DNA of 34,056 nt from Histomonas meleagridis 2922-C6/04-290x (GCA_020184695.1 JAANOX010000183.1:1-34056), one strand, 5' to 3'; shown: positions 1 to 10,313, numbered from the stretch's first letter. The notes: a model not told the origin generated them from the letters alone. Made by a program: numbers and translations.

Positions 1-254
1 TTTTATATTAAAATTGAGAGGCATCCAATTTTTGAGAATAAAAAATTAAAAACTTTGAATTCAAAATGTATATCACATTGTGATGGATTCAATTTGTTTG
101 TCTTCTATGCTGTGACATGCTTCCAAACAACAGTAAATATAATCAGCGGTATTTCATTATTCATATAATATGTTGCGTGGTAATGTTACTCCACCCTTAA
201 ATGATTATTATTAATACTAATTCAAAAAGTGAATGTGTCAAAATATAACTGACA

Positions 255-800
255 CGATCGTATGGTATGAGGAGTATGATTTGTTCTCATCAAAATCAAA
301 TCAATTGCCCTTTGTAAAACAACTGAAGTGCTTTGGGCAGTTTTATCATCAAGAATATCATGATATCGCATTTTTCGAGATCTATCATCGATAAAAATTA
401 TTAAATATTTTTGTTCTTCCCCTTCCCTTTAATGAATGTAATGAAAATCGGTGTGCCAAATCTGATTTACAAATGACGCAACGAATTCAAGTTAATGTTT
501 ATTTTTATATTTATATTATTTTTCAAACAAAGATAAACCTTTCGAACCTGGTTATGAGAAACACTATATCCTTTCCTTAGAAGAACATCTGGCATCCTCT
601 TGTAACCAACTCTGAATTTTTGAGTGTATTGCAAAATGATATCAATCACATTTTGTTCTACATTCTTTAAATGCCTCCCTTTTTTGAGTTCTGGATATTC
701 AATATCATGCTTTTGATAAACCTTATTAATCGAAGTGTTGAAACACCTAAAGTGAGAAGAAATTTTTCTCATAGTAATTCCCCCTTCTCAGAGCCATTTT
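255..800 (-). pseudogene. IS481/IS3-like rve integrase (transposase) remnant, 5' half
   Basis: ORF 467-772 has an HTH-like RVGYKRM..LLRKGYSVSHNQVRKVY segment. A shifted frame continues as VNQIWHTDFHY..*..KYLIIFIDDRSRK (rve first-Asp motif WHTDF and IDDxSR) and breaks off near 255, before the second Asp. Confidence 0.75.
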
Positions 801-894
801 TATTATTAAAATATCAACTTTAGAGAGGAGTTAAAGATGATTTCCGTAATTAAACGAGATGTTTTCTTCGAAAATTTTAATTATCACTCCATTC

Positions 895-1269
895 TCATTT
901 TTTCGTGTATAATAATGAATTCTGAGAAGTTTCTACTATAACTAGCTGCTCATCAATAATTTCTGTTTGATTGATTTTTGCTTTTTCACAAAATGTGCTA
1001 CTTGTGTGATCAAAATTATCGAACTTTAAATATTCAGCAATAAGTTTATTGACCATCTCACTTGTCACGGTGGTAGAAAGACAGGATTGATATGGAGGAT
1101 ATTTAAATAGTATCACCTGAATCAATGTTGTTACCATTTGCAGCATGACTAATTGCAATGTGGGTTTATTCCCTTGATCTGTAGTATTAGAATGATTTCT
1201 CGTACGTATTGTTGCCGTTGGTTTCGATTGAACATGTATTTCCTTCATTATTTGATGCTCTGGATCCAT
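895..1269 (-). CDS. Small LisH-motif protein (FOP/FOR20/OFD1-like), probably truncated host gene
   Basis: EMVNKLIAEYLKFDNFDHTSSTFCEKA fits the LisH consensus (L..LI.EYL...+..T...F..E). The first ATG is at 1269; the track start at 1296 is a GTG. Confidence 0.6.
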   Translation of the reverse strand: MDPEHQIMKEIHVQSKPTATIRTRNHSNTTDQGNKPTLQLVMLQMVTTLIQVILFKYPPYQSCLSTTVTSEMVNKLIAEYLKFDNFDHTSSTFCEKAKINQTEIIDEQLVIVETSQNSLLYTKK

Positions 1270-1429
1270 ATATTGAAAATATTCTGACACTACCACTTTT
1301 TCAATTGATTTCGATCGTTTTTAAAAGGTGGAGTAACATTTCCACGCGTTCCACCATATCATTGATCATATAATTCCAGAAATTTAATTAAATACTGATG
1401 GAAAAAAAGTAGAACCCGCCTGAGAAAAT

Positions 1430-1738
1430 ATGATTCATATGGGCAATTATAGAGTTCACAAAGGTAAACTTGTAATCAATAAATTAGAGGATCCAAAAGT
1501 CAAATCAATACAGCACCCACCTTATTTCCATGACATCAGCCCATGCGAATTTTGGTTATTTAAAAGAATGAAAAAATATCTAGAAGATGAGGAGATAAAA
1601 GATGGACATGACCTAAAAACATGCATTTTAATCTGTTGGGAAACCGTAAGTTTTGAAGAGCTTCAAAATGTCTTAAAAAAATGGATGGAGATGTTGAACT
1701 GGGTCATTGAGCACAAGGGGGATCACTTTATCATATAG
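1430..1738 (+). pseudogene. Mariner transposase C-terminal fragment
   Basis: IHMGNYRVH (degenerate HxDNAxxH), HPPYFHDISPCEFWLF (degenerate HPPYSPDLAPSDF) and a typical W...L..VIE.KGD.F end. Confidence 0.85.
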
Positions 1739-3022
1739 AAGGTGAACAAAAAGTCCTGACCCCTCTCCTATTATAGGCTGTAATGAGGTAATAAATAAAA
1801 TATTTATATAATTTTAAAATATATTTAATGAATATGTTATAAATGTGATTCATGTGATTTTTAATTAATTGCATATATAGAAAAATTGAATTTAAATTTT
1901 AATGACGCGAAAAAATTGAGAAGAACCGTCACTTTTTTTCATGGATGTCGTCGAACAAAGATTCATCATTAAATTTCTCTTCTTCTCAGGAAAAAGATAC
2001 GAAGCCATATACAGTAAAATGTTTGCTGTCTTGGGAAATAATACAGTTCATATAAGTACAATCAAAAGGTGTAGAAAATAATGACTTTTCATGCATTGAT
2101 GAAGAACGTACGGGGAGACCCCCATCTGATCTTATTCATTTAATTATAAAAATTATTCGAAGGCTACTTCAGCGCGCTTAATTGCGAAACCATTATCAGT
2201 AACTCCAAATACTGTATTGCTGGTTCTTAATGAGTACATGGGGTTGAAGCGCTTCACTAGGAAATGGGTCCCCCATGATTTGACGGAAAAAATTGAAAAG
2301 AACTGATATGTCAAAATCAATTTTAGAATTATAGAAAAAGCAGAAAAGAAAAATTTTATTCATATAATGACGGGGGATGAGTCATAATATTATTTTAATT
2401 ATCAAAGTTCTCATATGTATGCAGCTTCACCAGATGAAGTGCCAATGCGTACTAAAAAGGAAATTGACAGTGAAAAAATCATGCTGACAATGTTCTTTAA
2501 TGGAAATTATCTATTATGCATTGATTTTTTTTCAAATTGCAAAAAATATAATCAACGCTATTTCATCGATGAGATATCATTGTAGAAATAATCAAAAATA
2601 CAAATGAGGATGAGAATCAATTCGACTTAGATCAAATGATGATTCATATGGACAATTGTAAAGTTCACAAAGGAAATTTAGTTCGACAAAAACTAAACAA
2701 AATAGCTTAAATCCATTTTTTACCCATTTTATTATTCTTACATCATCCCGTGCGACTTTTGGTTATTTAATTGTACTTAATAAAATATATGAAAGATAAA
2801 AAGATAAAATCAAAACATCAATTAAAAACTCAAATTTCAACGGCATGGATACACGTCACTTTTGATAAGCTCAAAAGTGTGTTCTTGGAATGGATCAAAA
2901 GATTTAAGTGGATAATAGAAAACAATGGAGAATACTATATCACATAAATAAACAAGAACATCTAAAATTGTTTATTCATCGAGATAGGATTAGGTGGGGG
3001 CCAGGACTATTTGAACACCCTA
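1736..3022 (+). mobile_element. Full-length degenerate mariner element (~1.29 kb), inserted at the 3' end of the preceding mariner fragment
   Basis: Imperfect TIRs (left TAGAAGGTGAACAAAAAGTCCTGACCCC; right reverse complement TAGGGTGTTCAAATAGTCCTGGCCCC) with TA outside both. Transposase runs from ATG 1941 to 2947 with MDVVEQRFIIKFL, ERTGRP, WVPHDL, GDES and IHMDNCKVH, interrupted by stops and frameshifts. Confidence 0.85.
1929..1934 (+). promoter_or_regulatory. Parabasalid-type initiator (Inr) TCACTT upstream of the transposase ATG
   Basis: Matches TCA(T/C)T(T/A) 7-12 nt before ATG 1941. Similar motifs precede the fibre (6775, 28581), integrase (26550) and 24471 ATGs. Confidence 0.5.
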
Positions 3023-3209
3023 TATTAAAATCAATTGTGATGTATCGCATTTTGTCTTTTCTTGTGCGTCTATAGCATTTTCGAAACGGTTAAAAAAAAA
3101 ATTTAAAACGGTTACGAAAAAGTGCAGTTAAATATCATTCATTTTTGACTGCAATTTAAAATCGATTTATGATCAAATGCAATCAATCAAACGAAAAAGT
3201 GTATTAAAA

Positions 3210-4025
3210 TGTGGAAGACCAACAATAATTATCTAAGAAATTGCAAATAGCAAAAAGGAATATATGTTCAAATGTTTAAATGAACAAATTTATCCGACAA
3301 TGAATGATATTTTGAACTACGTATTTATATGTAATAATAACAATAAACAAAAATTATGCCTGAAACCTTACGCAAATGGATACACAGACAAAAAGATTTG
3401 AAAATTATTATTGAAGCATCTCAATCGAAAAGGCAAGTCAAATTTGACGATATTTTTAAATATTTTGATGACTTAGTAAAAATAATTAGTAACTAACCTT
3501 CAGCTATCAGGATTTGATGAATTTGTAGATACGCAAAATTGTTCTTTAGTAGTTCCATCACATTTATAGGAAACAAGCTGGTTTTAACCGGTTTCACGGA
3601 CCGAAAAACGATCAACTTTAAATTAGCACGTGTTTCTGCAGACAGCGATTATGTCAAATAAATGGTGCAAAAGAATCTATTGATTTGGAATTATATGAAT
3701 TAGGTTTTACATCAGAGAGAGTTGCATTTGCAAGAAGTTTAACTGTTTACATTATCACGACAATATTCGAAGAATGGATAGAAAATGTATTTATACCTCA
3801 TGTCAATTGCTTATAATTACAATATAATAAATTAAATCATGGTGCTTTATTACTCTTAGATGGATGCTTATGCCATCATTCTGACGATTTGGACGAAATA
3901 TTATATGACAATGGAATTGATACTTTTCAATTCGTGGCGCATTCATCGGATAAGATTCAACAATTGGATTTAGGCATTTTCGGTAATTTGCAATCTGCTC
4001 AGAGTCGAATTCATAAGGAGTTGGG
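3210..4025 (+). pseudogene. pogo/Tigger-like (DDE_1) transposase remnant
   Basis: + frame gives EWIENVFIPHV...ALLLLDGCLCHH...QFVAHSSDKIQQLDLGIFG, matching the DDE_1 motifs LLLDGHxSH and PHxSxxLQPLDxGxF. An N-terminal GRPTII is at ~3215. Confidence 0.8.
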
Positions 4026-4029
4026 TAAC

Positions 4030-4360
4030 TTTTTTCTATCCATTCCACGTCATAGTAGTTAGCATATGGTTCGCCTCTTAAGTATCTTCTTATGTGCAAG
4101 ATTACACATGAATATTCAAGTCGATGTAACTTCTTGAAATGTTCAATGATCCAGGATCTTGGGTCTCTTAATACAGATGCATCAGTGTACATATACTGAA
4201 GAGCATGCTGAACGCAGACGTCCCATAGTATCATTTCTTCAGAGTCGCAGTTATAATAAAACTTGTCCATTGATAGATATATCAATTCTGCTTGTTCAAT
4301 CTGTCTTCCTGGCACAAATTTGGTGTACATAAATCTAAAGTCCCATAAAAAGTGATCCAA
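4030..4360 (-). other. Fragment of an unrecognised coding sequence fused to the broken integrase
   Basis: About 110 open codons with protein-like composition. The start is a TTG created at the 4361 junction, and the rest of track ORF 3803-4360 is antisense pogo sequence. Confidence 0.35.
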
Positions 4361-4990
4361 TTAGTATAGGCATAAAATAAAAATCTAGACCTAATTTCAA
4401 CTGCTAATAAATAACAATATTTTGTTTCTGTTTTAGTGGTTTCATCATAACCAGAAAAAAATAAATCCATTTGATATTCACCATTATTACCAATATATTT
4501 TAGTTGATATTTTTTATTTCTTTTATAAGGAAAATAATGTATATTAGGTTTAAATTGTGGATCTAATTTTGAATAATCAATATGATATGGAAGTAAATAG
4601 TTATCAAATAAATATTTGTTTTTCGAACGAGATTTGAAACCTGTGTTAATATGAGGTGAATTCTTAGAATCTTCATAAATATTATAATATTTATATGTAT
4701 TGTCATAAGGAAATTTACTAAAATATTGTAACAAATAATTACTATAAGCAGAATCGAATGTAAATACGTTCCCAATTTTATTATCAATTATTTCAATATC
4801 ATATAAATATTTCCTTAATTCTTCACAATATTTATTAAATTTGAGAGGCTTTTTTTTAGCTTCAAAAACTTTGCGTGCAAACATCTTATTCAATTTTTTG
4901 ACAATCGTTCTAATATAATATTCATAATGCTCTGGGATTGTTTTTCCTCCAATTTTCCCATTAATAGGTGTAATTTTTTCAGTTTTGATA
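4361..4990 (-). pseudogene. rve integrase, 5' part only (copy A)
   Basis: GEYQMDLFF...YCYLLAVEIRSRFLFYAY carries the first catalytic Asp and the following beta-strands. It is cut before the second Asp and lacks ~300 bp of the N-terminal region present in copy C. Confidence 0.8.
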
Positions 4991-5027
4991 GAAAGTTTAA
5001 AAAAAATAAAAATGAAATAAAATATTT

Positions 5028-6775
5028 TTATTCTTTAAATACACTTAATAAATGTTCATCTATTTTACCTGTTACTTTACCAACTATTGAATTTAATATT
5101 TTAGTAGTTATTACTAAATCATCTGATAATTTATTACCATCAAATAATACTACATCACCAATTTCATAATCTGCAGTATTATTTACTCTAAAATAAAAAT
5201 CTCCATGTGTAGCAAAATCAATAGTATCTTGTAAAATTTTTATTTCTCTTTTAATAACATTACCTATTGAAGCTTTATAACCATTTTCATGTTTAGCTAC
5301 ACATATACCTAAATATTCTTTATATGTACCTGATGTTTTAACTGATGGTATACAATCTGTTGTAGATGTATTTGAAGTATATATACCATTTTCTTTTAAT
5401 GAAAAAACATTACCTGTACAAAATACTGGTGAACCAATTTGAAATTGTGTTAAGTCTTCTGAAACAGGAGCATTATGAATAATAGTTGTATTTATTTGTT
5501 CAAGACCTCCAGTTCCTTCGAATGTATTAAATGTAGTTGCAATATAATATATTTTATCATATGTATCAGAAAAGGTACCATTATCTTGTTTCTTTTGTGT
5601 TACAGATTCAAAATATAATCTTCCATATTTTTTATCTGCAGTAGATGTACATCCATAAATTCTCCATAATAATTGATATGTATTACCTGATTCTTCAATT
5701 ATACTGTGAAATAAAGTTAATTTAGTAGATTTTAAACTAGTGAATTGTCCAGTATCGGATTTTATATTTCCTGTATTAACGATGCCATTAGTGTTTACAG
5801 AGTACATAATTTCACTACAAACTATTTTATTGCAACCTATTGCTTCAAAAGATGAGGAGTAATAAAAACCATTTCCTTGTTTTGGTTGGAACTCAAGATA
5901 ATCATCTAATGCTGTTATTCTCCAACTATAATCATTCTCATAACCACCACAAGTATGCATATCTATGTGTGGACCTGTTTCTAAAACACCATCGTTTTTA
6001 ATAACTGCAATTGAAGGAACACTAATATTTAAATTTGAAGCTGAAGGTCCCGAATTTAAAGCAAAACCATTAATTGTTGAACAATGAATATCTTCTGTAT
6101 TTGAACCTGTAGGAATATCTGTTAAATCATTATAACTATGTGTATGATTTGCAGCAGCATATTTTGTATCATGATTATGATTTTTTAAAGCATACTCAGT
6201 ATGTGTATGTTCTGAGGGTGGAAATTTTTCAGGTTTATCAGTTAAATCATTATAACTATGGGTATGTTCTGAAGGTGGAAATGTTTCAGGTTTATCAGTT
6301 AAATCATTATAACTATGAGTATGATCTGAAGGTGGAAATGACTGTGGTTTATCATTTAAATCAGTATAACTATGAGTATGATCTGATGAAGCATAGTTTA
6401 CATGTTCATGATCTTTTTTAGCATAAATCTCATCATGATTATGATCATTTAAAGATATTTCAGATGTATCTACATTATTTATAGATGCACATTGAATATT
6501 GCCATTACTACCAAAACTTAATAATGTTCCAGTTTTTGGTTTAAAATCTAATGAATTAGTATAAGCAGTTATTCTCCATGTATTATCTTTATCATAATTT
6601 GCATTATTATGCATATCAATATATTGTCCAACTTCTACAACACCATCTTCTTTTAATGTAATAATAGATGGTACATATAATTTTGTACTTTTTGTAAGTC
6701 ATCTTGGTCAATAATTTCAGGAGCAGCAATAACATTAGTTTTTATACCTTTCGTAGCATTCTCAATAGTAAACAT
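5028..6775 (-). pseudogene. Fibre-like protein with HxH (phage-tail-repeat-like) repeats, copy A
   Basis: Eight HxH motifs, including 19-aa (57-bp) HTHSYNDLTDKPETFPPSE units, two G(V/L)xE(V/T)GxxIDMH...WRIT modules and a C-terminal FATHGD domain. ATG at 6775 is put out of frame by a ~230-bp deletion relative to copy C. Confidence 0.75.
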
Positions 6776-6795
6776 TGATAAAAAATGATTTTTAT

Positions 6796-7137
6796 TTAAT
6801 AAATTAATAATAATTCTAACATAAAATATTCTGGATCAATTTCTTTACCATTCATTTCTTTAAACCATATTTTAAAATTTGGTTTTCTACTTTTATATTC
6901 ATATTTCTTATATTTAGTTCTATTTTCATTCGTATAAATACAAAAATAATCTTCATAATGGTCACGTTCAATAAAATCAGCATGCATTAAAACATCAGAT
7001 ACTGAATATTCCTTAAATTTTCACTTGCATTGTTGTACTACTATATATCTAGAATTTTGAGAATCCACAAATTCAGGCGGAAAACGGTTTTCTTTTTGTG
7101 AAGTACAAAAATACGTTTTAGTTACAGGTTTAAGCAT
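6796..7137 (-). pseudogene. Small conserved element ORF (113 codons), candidate minor capsid/penton
   Basis: ATG 7137 is in frame with track ORF 6796-6987 with one TGA at 7021-7023 (TGT in copy C). Beta-rich pattern FPPEF..RYIVV..C...MHADF..F+IWFK...LELLLIY. The capsid role is inference. Confidence 0.45.
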
Positions 7138-7433
7138 TTATGAAAAATAAAGTTTGCCATGCGACCAAACAATATAACCGTCGCTTTTTGACTACAAACC
7201 TCTGACCAAAGATAAATTGAATAGGATAAATGTCCGACCAAAGATAACCGGGGACAATTCGTGTTGGTTATGTGAGATTTTTGATAGGTTTATGCGAAAA
7301 GTGGTGCTAAAAGTGCTATCGTTCCTATCAAAAAGTTTCGTGTTCTCTCAAAATCGAATGCGCATTCAAATTTTCAGACGAATTGTATGGCTCACAAAAA
7401 TCATTTTGATTTTTGTTGCGAGCGGAGCGAGCA

Positions 7434-7520
7434 CACTCGGGGGATTGGAGGGGTCTGAGGCCTCCGGAGGGGTCCGAAGGGCACCTCCGGAGGCCGAAGA
7501 CCTTTCCAATCCCCCGAGTG
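7434..7520. repeat. Subterminal GC-rich hairpin 1 (copy A)
   Basis: Imperfect 87-bp palindrome CACTCGGGGGATTGG...CCAATCCCCCGAGTG. A 13-nt centre GGTCCGAAGGGCA (7471-7483) lies between two CCTCCGGAGG palindromes. Confidence 0.95.
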
Positions 7521-7529
7521 AAAACTTAA

Positions 7530-7589
7530 GGTCGGGAATGATCACGAGGACCCTAGGGGCCCCTAGGGTCCTCGTGATCATTCCCGACC
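7530..7589. repeat. Perfect 60-bp palindrome (hairpin 2) inside the TIR of copy A
   Basis: GGTCGGGAATGATCACGAGGACCCTAGGGG|CCCCTAGGGTCCTCGTGATCATTCCCGACC is exactly self-complementary and lies 18 bp from the terminus. Confidence 0.97.
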
Positions 7590-7607
7590 ACATTATATAC
7601 CTACCTA

Positions 7608-7830
7608 CTTCAAATGTATTAGATGGTTTATCAGTCAAATCATTATAACTATGAGTATGACCGTTTAATGAAAAACTTACATTGATGTAGTTAATGGAAT
7701 TACAATTTTTTTCCATTATTTTCATTAAAACTGATATCACCATCATTATTATTAATTTTACCAAAATACATAGTATTTTCAGAAGTTCTAATTCTCCAAC
7801 TATGTAATATTTCATTTTCCGCTTATTGAT
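7608..7830 (-). pseudogene. Fragment of a third, diverged fibre gene abutting the copy A terminus
   Basis: Encodes GHTHSYNDLTDKPSNTFE and, in a shifted frame upstream, HSWRIRTSENTMYFG (compare SWRIT/TWRIT in the fibre modules). Confidence 0.7.
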
Positions 7831-7840
7831 TTCTATTGTT

Positions 7841-8003
7841 TTATGTTAATTCTCACTTATATGTGCTTATTTTCACTAACTGTATTTGTTCTCACTTATA
7901 TGTGTTCATTTCATTGTCTTATGTTAATTCTCACTTATATGTGCTAATTCTCATTTATTCTTATTAATTTTTTATTATATATGTTTATTCTCACTTATAT
8001 GTG
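7841..8003. repeat. Degenerate tandem repeat with core TTCTCACTTATATGTG
   Basis: Four core copies at ~7850, 7889, 7928 and 7988 (spacing 39, 39, 60). Confidence 0.8.
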
Positions 8004-8808
8004 TTTCTTTTCATTATTTTATGTATGAACATTCGCTCAAATCATTAAATATAATTTCTCAAATATATAATTTGAACGACTTTCATTTGATATAGATAAT
8101 ACATAGTGAACATGGGGTTTAGTTAAAGATGAATTCAAACTTATTCTAATTTCAGAAATGGAGCTCACATGATTAATTAGATTCAAAAAGTTTACAAATT
8201 AATGTTTACATTATTATTTCAATGAGCAATTGATTTAATTATTTCCATCCAACTTGTACATAGCATCGTATATTTTTTTCTTTTTATTTTGATTGCTCTG
8301 ATCGTTGTATAGATTAAATTTTATAAAATTTTATACTAATAAAACATAATTGATATATAGAACATGACAATTCATAAAAATTTATATACGAAGCAATTGA
8401 TATTATTGCTCAATTTATAAAATATTAATTAAGTCAAAAATGAATTTTAATGTAACATTGATATAAAATTTGTGTTGTAATACAGAGACGATTAAATATT
8501 TTACAATATCCTTTTTCTTGATCGTAATTTATTTTGATAATAATAATTGTTTCTTTTGATTCATTTTAATTAATGCAATGTATAATGTATGCAATGTCGA
8601 TAACCTGCTATTTAATAATATATGTTTCAGCATCTTTGCCAAATTTTATTTTTGTTCAAAAAACATGGCGAAAATTGTAAATTATTCAAAATGAAATTGA
8701 ATGAAAATATTTTCTTAGTAAACGAATTGAGTGCCAATTTTTGAATGCGCATTTCATCTTATTCGAATTCTCCATTATTGTAGGACAGTACCCGAATTTT
8801 CCATTACA

Positions 8809-8845
8809 ACCTCCAATTTTGACTAACAATGTGAAAATTGGAGGT
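8809..8845. other. Perfect 12-bp stem with 13-nt loop; candidate degenerate CRESS-virus origin
   Basis: ACCTCCAATTTT-GACTAACAATGTG-AAAATTGGAGGT. The minus-strand loop contains CATTGTTAG. The origin call is inference. Confidence 0.35.
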
Positions 8846-9059
8846 CTATTAAGAGGTTTTCTTTATGTATTAAACATTGATTTCGACATAAGATTAACCC
8901 TCTTACTTCATAAATAAAAAAAAGTAATACAAACGAAATATGTGGATTTCATGAGATAATTATCCATCGTGGTGAAATACTCTCTTCGTATAACTCATTC
9001 ATGAATTTGGATTGGGATTGGAAGTGGAATTCCACTTACAATAAGAAATTCTTGTTGAT

Positions 9060-9359
9060 ATGGATTGCATTTTATTCGAAGACGTGGATCCTGATAAAAT
9101 TAAAGTTCTGATGTCGTTTTTGAAGACATGGGCAGATCGCTACTATCAAACGCAAGAAATTGAAGGGGCACGTACGGTGATAAATCCGGGCAAGTGGTTC
9201 ATTGGTATCACTGCAAATTATTTAATGAAAGAGAGTATCGAGAATAAGGTGGATCTAGATGCACTTAGACGAAGGTCTACTGAAGTAGAGATCAAATCTG
9301 AAAAAGACGTATATCTGAACACCAGATTAAATAAGTTCATTTTAATGCAATGTAATTAA
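9060..9359 (+). pseudogene. CRESS-DNA-virus-like Rep, C-terminal SF3 helicase fragment
   Basis: Walker B ILFEDVD, then LKTWADRY..QEIEG, motif C FIGITANY and arginine finger DALRRR, in canonical order. Walker A and the HUH domain are missing (in-frame stop at 9042). Confidence 0.8.
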
Positions 9360-10313
9360 AAATTCATTCATTTTGCAATTTATATAAATAGGATATCCTA
9401 ATAATATATTTGAGGTACCCCAAAATTGAATGTCTATTCAATTGTAATAAAAATCCTATCATTTAACGTTCTCCAAAAAGACGATCAAAACGAATTGAAT
9501 TTCGATATAAAGTATTCAATCTCGTGATCGGTTTTCTGTCAATCGGAATAAATAATAATTTAGACTCCAGGTAATAATACTTTGAAGGTACCAACTAACG
9601 TCCTCCGGACGCGCCCTTCCGCAGGAAAAGGCTGAACTCTAAATATTTTTATTTTTGAACGACCTCAAATGACGGTCAAAATACAAAGAAAAAGTTAAAA
9701 CTGACCCCCACGCCTAGTACACTTCATACTGATCACCTGTTAACGCCCTTATATAAAAAAAGTGCGCCGCGGAGTCGGGCTACGGTAGATTTGTGATAAA
9801 TGCACTCATTCGCCATTAGGGCTCTCTTTGGGGGAGGGGGTACCTTGGTTCAAGGAAAAAGAAAAAAAGAAAAAAGTTCTCAATTGCCCATAGAGCGAAC
9901 AAACTTTGTTCTTTTCACTATGTGCTAAGTCGAGAAGAAAAAAATAGGTTTACCAGAGAAACCGATAGAAAAAACAAAAAATCGACTCATTCAAAATATA
10001 AAAAAATTAATTGAATGGTTTACGTTTTACGATGTGACTATAAATGTATAATTAGAATTAGGAACAAATAAAAAATCTGGTGTAGCACGACTAAAATCAT
10101 TTTTTCGTAAAATAAATATAATAGAGTTAGTAGAAGTAACAAATGATATAGTACAATCTGCATTATCTGGTTTTTTGTACCAAAATCATATTAATAATAA
10201 TAATAGGTATGTGAACGAGATAGTTCTGTTTGATGAATAAAATTAACATATATACCAGTATAATTATCATTAAAAGAATTGGGTTCAATAACACTGATAA
10301 CATAATAATGTGT

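Larger units (their letters stand above)
175..1347. repeat. 21-bp inverted repeat pair (175-195 and 1327-1347), possibly transposon ends
   Basis: The reverse complement of GCGTGGTAATGTTACTCCACC matches GGTGGAGTAACATTTCCACGC at 20/21. GTT lies immediately outside both copies (172-174, 1348-1350) and TTAA just inside both. Confidence 0.55.
4361..7607 (-). mobile_element. Right-hand part (copy A) of the Maverick/Polinton-like hairpin-TIR element, truncated inside the integrase gene
   Basis: Colinear with and highly similar to 25652-29323. It ends in CATTATATACCTACCTA, and similarity to the other copy stops after TATACTAAT at 4361. Confidence 0.85.

Noticed and set aside
1-170. THAP-like W...CDIHF on the minus strand (Kolobok transposase)
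   Set aside because: There is an in-frame stop, the N-terminal CxxC is missing, and the match is too short.
4563-5169. ORFs 4563-4787, 4927-5169, 19710-19946, 22665-22850, 23962-24216, 23978-24169, 24302-24568, 25807-26022, 26108-26308 and 33343-33561
   Set aside because: They are alternative-frame or antisense overlaps of better-supported genes or pieces of frameshifted ones.
6140-6421. ORFs 6140-6421 and 27812-28000 (+), Tyr/His/Val-rich
   Set aside because: They are antisense shadows of the HxH repeats of the fibre gene.
7530-7589. True parvovirus-type terminal hairpin
   Set aside because: The palindrome sits 18 bp inside the element end, no parvoviral NS1 or capsid is present, and only the tip of hairpin 1 is inverted. 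The analogy is mechanistic at most.
7217-7815. ORFs 7217-7648 (+) and 7366-7815 (-) as real genes
   Set aside because: They are open because the GC-rich palindromes lack stops. Only the 7608-7830 fibre fragment is credible.
7841-8003. CRISPR array
   Set aside because: The spacers resemble each other, the spacing is irregular, the context is eukaryotic and there are no cas genes.
9571-9579. TATTATTAC nonamer (minus strand) as the CRESS origin
   Set aside because: The flanking stem is only ~5 bp with a G-T pair, and such a 9-mer is expected by chance in this AT-rich DNA.
9700-9830. U1/U2 snRNA or tRNA call from GATCAC, ATGCACTC, ATTTGTG, AAGTGTACTA and GGTTCAA
   Set aside because: The motifs are out of order or mismatched, and no cloverleaf or snRNA fold can be built.
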